DNA of 64,000 nt from Mobula hypostoma (lineage: Eukaryota): NCBI RefSeq assembly GCF_963921235.1, contig NC_086102.1, positions 44,268,001 to 44,332,000 on the forward strand, read 5' to 3'. A model generated the notes under the pieces. It made no database searches and was not told the DNA's origin. It was given only the letters and a program-made list of their open reading frames with translations. Positions 60,655 through 64,000 of the stretch are shown here, piece by piece (positions within the stretch are counted from its first letter, which is position 1; each line of letters starts with the position of its first letter). The position numbers were made by a program, and so were the translations under genes.

Positions 60655-63239
60655 ACACCTCTTCCTAGAGATGCTGCCTGGACTGCTGCGTTCACCAGCA
60701 ACTTTGATGTGTTGCTAGGGTTACCTATAGCCCTTTATTTTTCTAAGCTCCATGATATAAAAGTCTTTTTCAGCATTAGAAGCTGTGTCAAAATAAGTTG
60801 ATTTTCATGATCTCTCAGTGCTGCCCTTTTATGAAGTGGGCCAGGCACTCAGAGGCAGACACATCATGAATAGTCTCCCTGGCTCTCAGCTGCTGAGTGA
60901 CTCTGTAATAAAATACTAACAAAACTTGTAGTTGACTGGTTTTGAAATTCCAGTAATCAGCTCCAAGAAATTTAAAACATCAATATGGCTTTCCAGTAGC
61001 TGTGATCAAATAAGTAACTTTTAATCAATTGATCTCTGTACTTGAAGAAAAGTTTGCCTCTGTAATTCTCTGCAGGTGACTCTCTACACCTTCTTATTAC
61101 TGCATTAATTTGTCTTTCTGTATCTGGTGTCATTGCACAGCCTGTTATCAGACATTACATAATCTACAATCTATAAACTTTTCTGATTTGTGCTTACTAA
61201 TTAACTTTCAGAAAAACAATACACAGCTGACTCGCAACTGAGTCCAAAAGGACATGAAGTAACCTGAAGCATTTTTACACTGAAATTGTGCATTTTAGTT
61301 AAGCAAAGTTAATTGTATATTTTGAAGAGTTAAAGTTGGTATCTCAAAATATAACAAGAAGCCACAAAGCTCTAAGATTTTGAATGGTAGGATGATAATG
61401 AGACTTACATAATGAGGTCTCTAAATGAGACAAGGTGCAAGTCTACCTGAAAGATTAGCAGGAATCAGGAGTATCAGCAGCACAATTTCTTTTCTTTCTT
61501 TCAAATTATACTAATCAAAATTGTGGAAGATCAATCAGCAAACTGCAGATACTCTATGTTTCTTTCTCTTTTGGTACTCTGATCTTACTCCCAATCCACT
61601 CTTTGACCAATTGATAGCCATTTCTCATTCCAGAGTTGTTTCAGTCCCCATATGAAAAATCAGAAGACTGCGGGAGGATGTACTGGAGAATTCGTCCTTT
61701 AATTGGTGATTGTTTCATTATTATCACATGTGCTGAGGTACAGTGAAAATCTTTGTTTTGCATGCTGTCTTTACAGAAAATTTCACTAGAATAGTATATT
61801 AAAGTAGGACACTGGAAAGGAATAACGTAAAACAAAGTAGTGTACATTCACAGAGAAGGTGCATGTAGGCAGACAATAAGGTGATGAGATACAAAGCCAT
61901 GAGGTAGACTGTAAGGTCAGGAATCCTAATTGTCAACCAGTTAACACAATGAGTGGCAATGTAATATTGAACAGGAAGGTGTCAACTTGATCCTGTAGCA
62001 GCAGCAACAGTCTTAAAATTGGCTCAGATATTCACAAGATAGGAATGTGAAAAACCAGTCCCGGAGCCAGTTTAACTTTGACACTTACAAGAGTAAATGG
62101 TACAACAATCATTGTCGAGGCTCACATGTGTGAGGTGTTACTTGGTCTGTCTTTGAAACTGAAGCACAAATAAATTTCTACAATACAAAAATTACAATGA
62201 AACTTTTAAAAAAGTAAAATAAAGTTTTAAGCATCCCACAAATGCACAGGGGGAAGTTATTAATGCAATTACGTTGCACTAGTCAGGTTTGAAATCAGAT
62301 GTAATACCAATGTTAGAAACAAGCTGCACTGTGTCACAGAATCCTGTTGTATTATGTGTGAAAATCATTATAATTAATTTGATAGAAAACAATTACAACT
62401 TTAGTAAATGAAAGAAAGAACCAACAGTGAAAAATGGTATTTTTCAATATCGCTTTGGGAAGATATTAAATTAATTGGATTCTCTTCTGTGAAGTCTTTG
62501 GAGATTAATTCTAAAAGAAAGGTCAACAGACAGTACATGCCACAAACTGCAGCAATTTGTACAGTGGAGGTAGGAGCAAGATTTTGTTCCACAATGAGAG
62601 AGATAACTGCACGATAATTGTATTCAGCATTCTGCTTAACATAACAGCTAACATTTTCTTGGTTAAGTATCAAGGAAACTTGATCTTGGGTCAGATAAAA
62701 ATTTAAAATGTAATATTAATGGATTTATGAATAATTTGTTAGACATGAAAATATAATTTTTATTAATTCAGATCCTAAACAGTTTTATATTAATTCACAA
62801 GAAAAAATGGTGGAAACTATGGGCACGTTAGGAGTAGCTATCAAGAGAGATCGCATGGGTGAAATCAAAGATGTGAATGTATAAAACAGTAGTTGCAATG
62901 ATCAAGGAGCTCAATAGCTGGGGGTGGAGCGCAGCGAAAAATGGTCAATATCAAGACTGATAAATGGTGAAAGGGATTACAAACCAGCCCATTTTTATTC
63001 CTACTGTCCTGGTTGGTTCCTAGATCCACGCATCTTATTCACTTTTACAGATTTTACACCCTTCCCTCTCCACTGGTTTAACAGTCAGCTTTTTTCATTT
63101 TCACACATTTTTCATATACGTCTTTTATTTCTTCATTCTTTGATCTCCACTTAACCATTTCAGGAATCGTTTCATTTCTTCTCATGTTTATTTGCTTGTA
63201 TTTCACCTCCCTATTACCTCTTGTTTTGTCTTTTCTGGC

Positions 63240-63642
63240 GAGTTGCTTGCTATGTCTCCCCTCTTGCGAAACGGGGACACCTCTTTCTCCCTTATTAGGG
63301 AGAGAGACAGAGAGAGCCTGTGGTATGTCGAATACCGGGTGAACGAGTAGTCTTTGGGGTACTGCAAGTCTGTGACTTTGTTGATGCTTTGCTGCACACT
63401 TGAGTGCTCCGTGGGGGGTGCCAATGTTTTTTTTCTGCTGGTGGGGGAGGGGGCATTGTTGCTTTGCTGTTGTTTACATGTGGGAGGGGGAGCTGGGGTG
63501 GGCTTTGGCGTTCTAACACTTAACTGTCATTCATTCTTTGGGCACACTCCTCTATTTTCGTGGATGGCTGCAAAGAAGAAGTATTTCAGGATGTCTATTG
63601 TATATGTTCTCCAACATTACATGTACCTTTGAAACTTTTGAA
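63240..63642 (+). mobile_element. Short non-autonomous retroposon with Rex-type tail
   Basis: Ends atgtacctttgaaacttttgaa, like the LINE tails at 911 and 5390. No coding motif. Confidence 0.45.
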
Positions 63643-64000
63643 TCCAGATTTGAAGGGAAGACTTCACTGTAATGCTGCCAAGAGGTCCCAGCAGTTCCTG
63701 GGAACTGGTTCATGCCCCATGAATGGAGAACCAGTTATTTGGGTCAAGAATCTAAAGATCCCATTGCGCAATCAACCTGATTCAATCTCACAAGACTGCC
63801 AAAGATTTTTAGGAATACATAGACCAGTGAAGATGGTACTTTCCAGAAAGCCTTCAGTAAGGTGTGGTTCTCAGCATTTCACGGTACTTTTGGAGTTTTC
63901 AAGGTAGGTGCGCAGTAAGAAAGTGTAAGATGAGCACAAACACCTCTTCCTGTCTAATGTGCAGATTAAAACTGGGTCTGTTCCTAGTTTGTGTGGCGCG

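Larger units (their letters stand above)
58823..60714 (+). mobile_element. Young Penelope-like insertion 3, large inverted repeat
   Basis: 11-bp TSD ctagggttacc (58812-22 and 60715-25). Inverted arm 58823-59466, body 59505-60714. Confidence 0.92.

Noticed and set aside
54177-60801. Many overlapping 60-180 aa ORFs (MLVNAAGQAAS..., MPILWV..., MSEWEWD...)
   Set aside because: Alternative or antisense frames of the repeated pLTR; they recur only because the DNA is repeated.
62401-62673. Candidate upstream IGSF3 Ig exon
   Set aside because: Lacks the C...W...YxC.VEEW pattern; the next exon probably lies beyond the window.
1-64000. CRISPR array, operon or other prokaryotic/phage system
   Set aside because: Spliceosomal exons and vertebrate retroposons throughout; no repeat-spacer array seen.

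Overview
Vertebrate genomic DNA; the repeat families suggest a cartilaginous fish, probably a ray (inference). One protein-coding gene is well supported: the 3' part of IGSF3 on the minus strand, with three phase-1 V-type Ig exons (47341-47748, 44411-44821, 37389-37811) and the TM/cytoplasmic terminal exon (31247-31497). No upstream exon was found in the remaining 16 kb. The rest is mostly transposon-derived: CR1 and Rex1/Babar-type LINEs, V-SINEs, Tc1, Harbinger and hAT derivatives, and an internally deleted AcademX-type DNA transposon with both TIRs and TSD (15187-18003). The most structured signal is a family of Penelope-like (GIY-YIG) retroelements. Five insertions in IGSF3 introns share one fold-back architecture, four with 11-13 bp TSDs. 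They carry five intact minimal type-I hammerhead ribozyme motifs, and three of the five inversion breakpoints fall inside the ribozyme. Ribozymes in Penelope-like elements are already known, so only the breakpoint and asymmetry patterns might be new. Coordinates of old LINE fragments are approximate, and all comparisons were made by eye.
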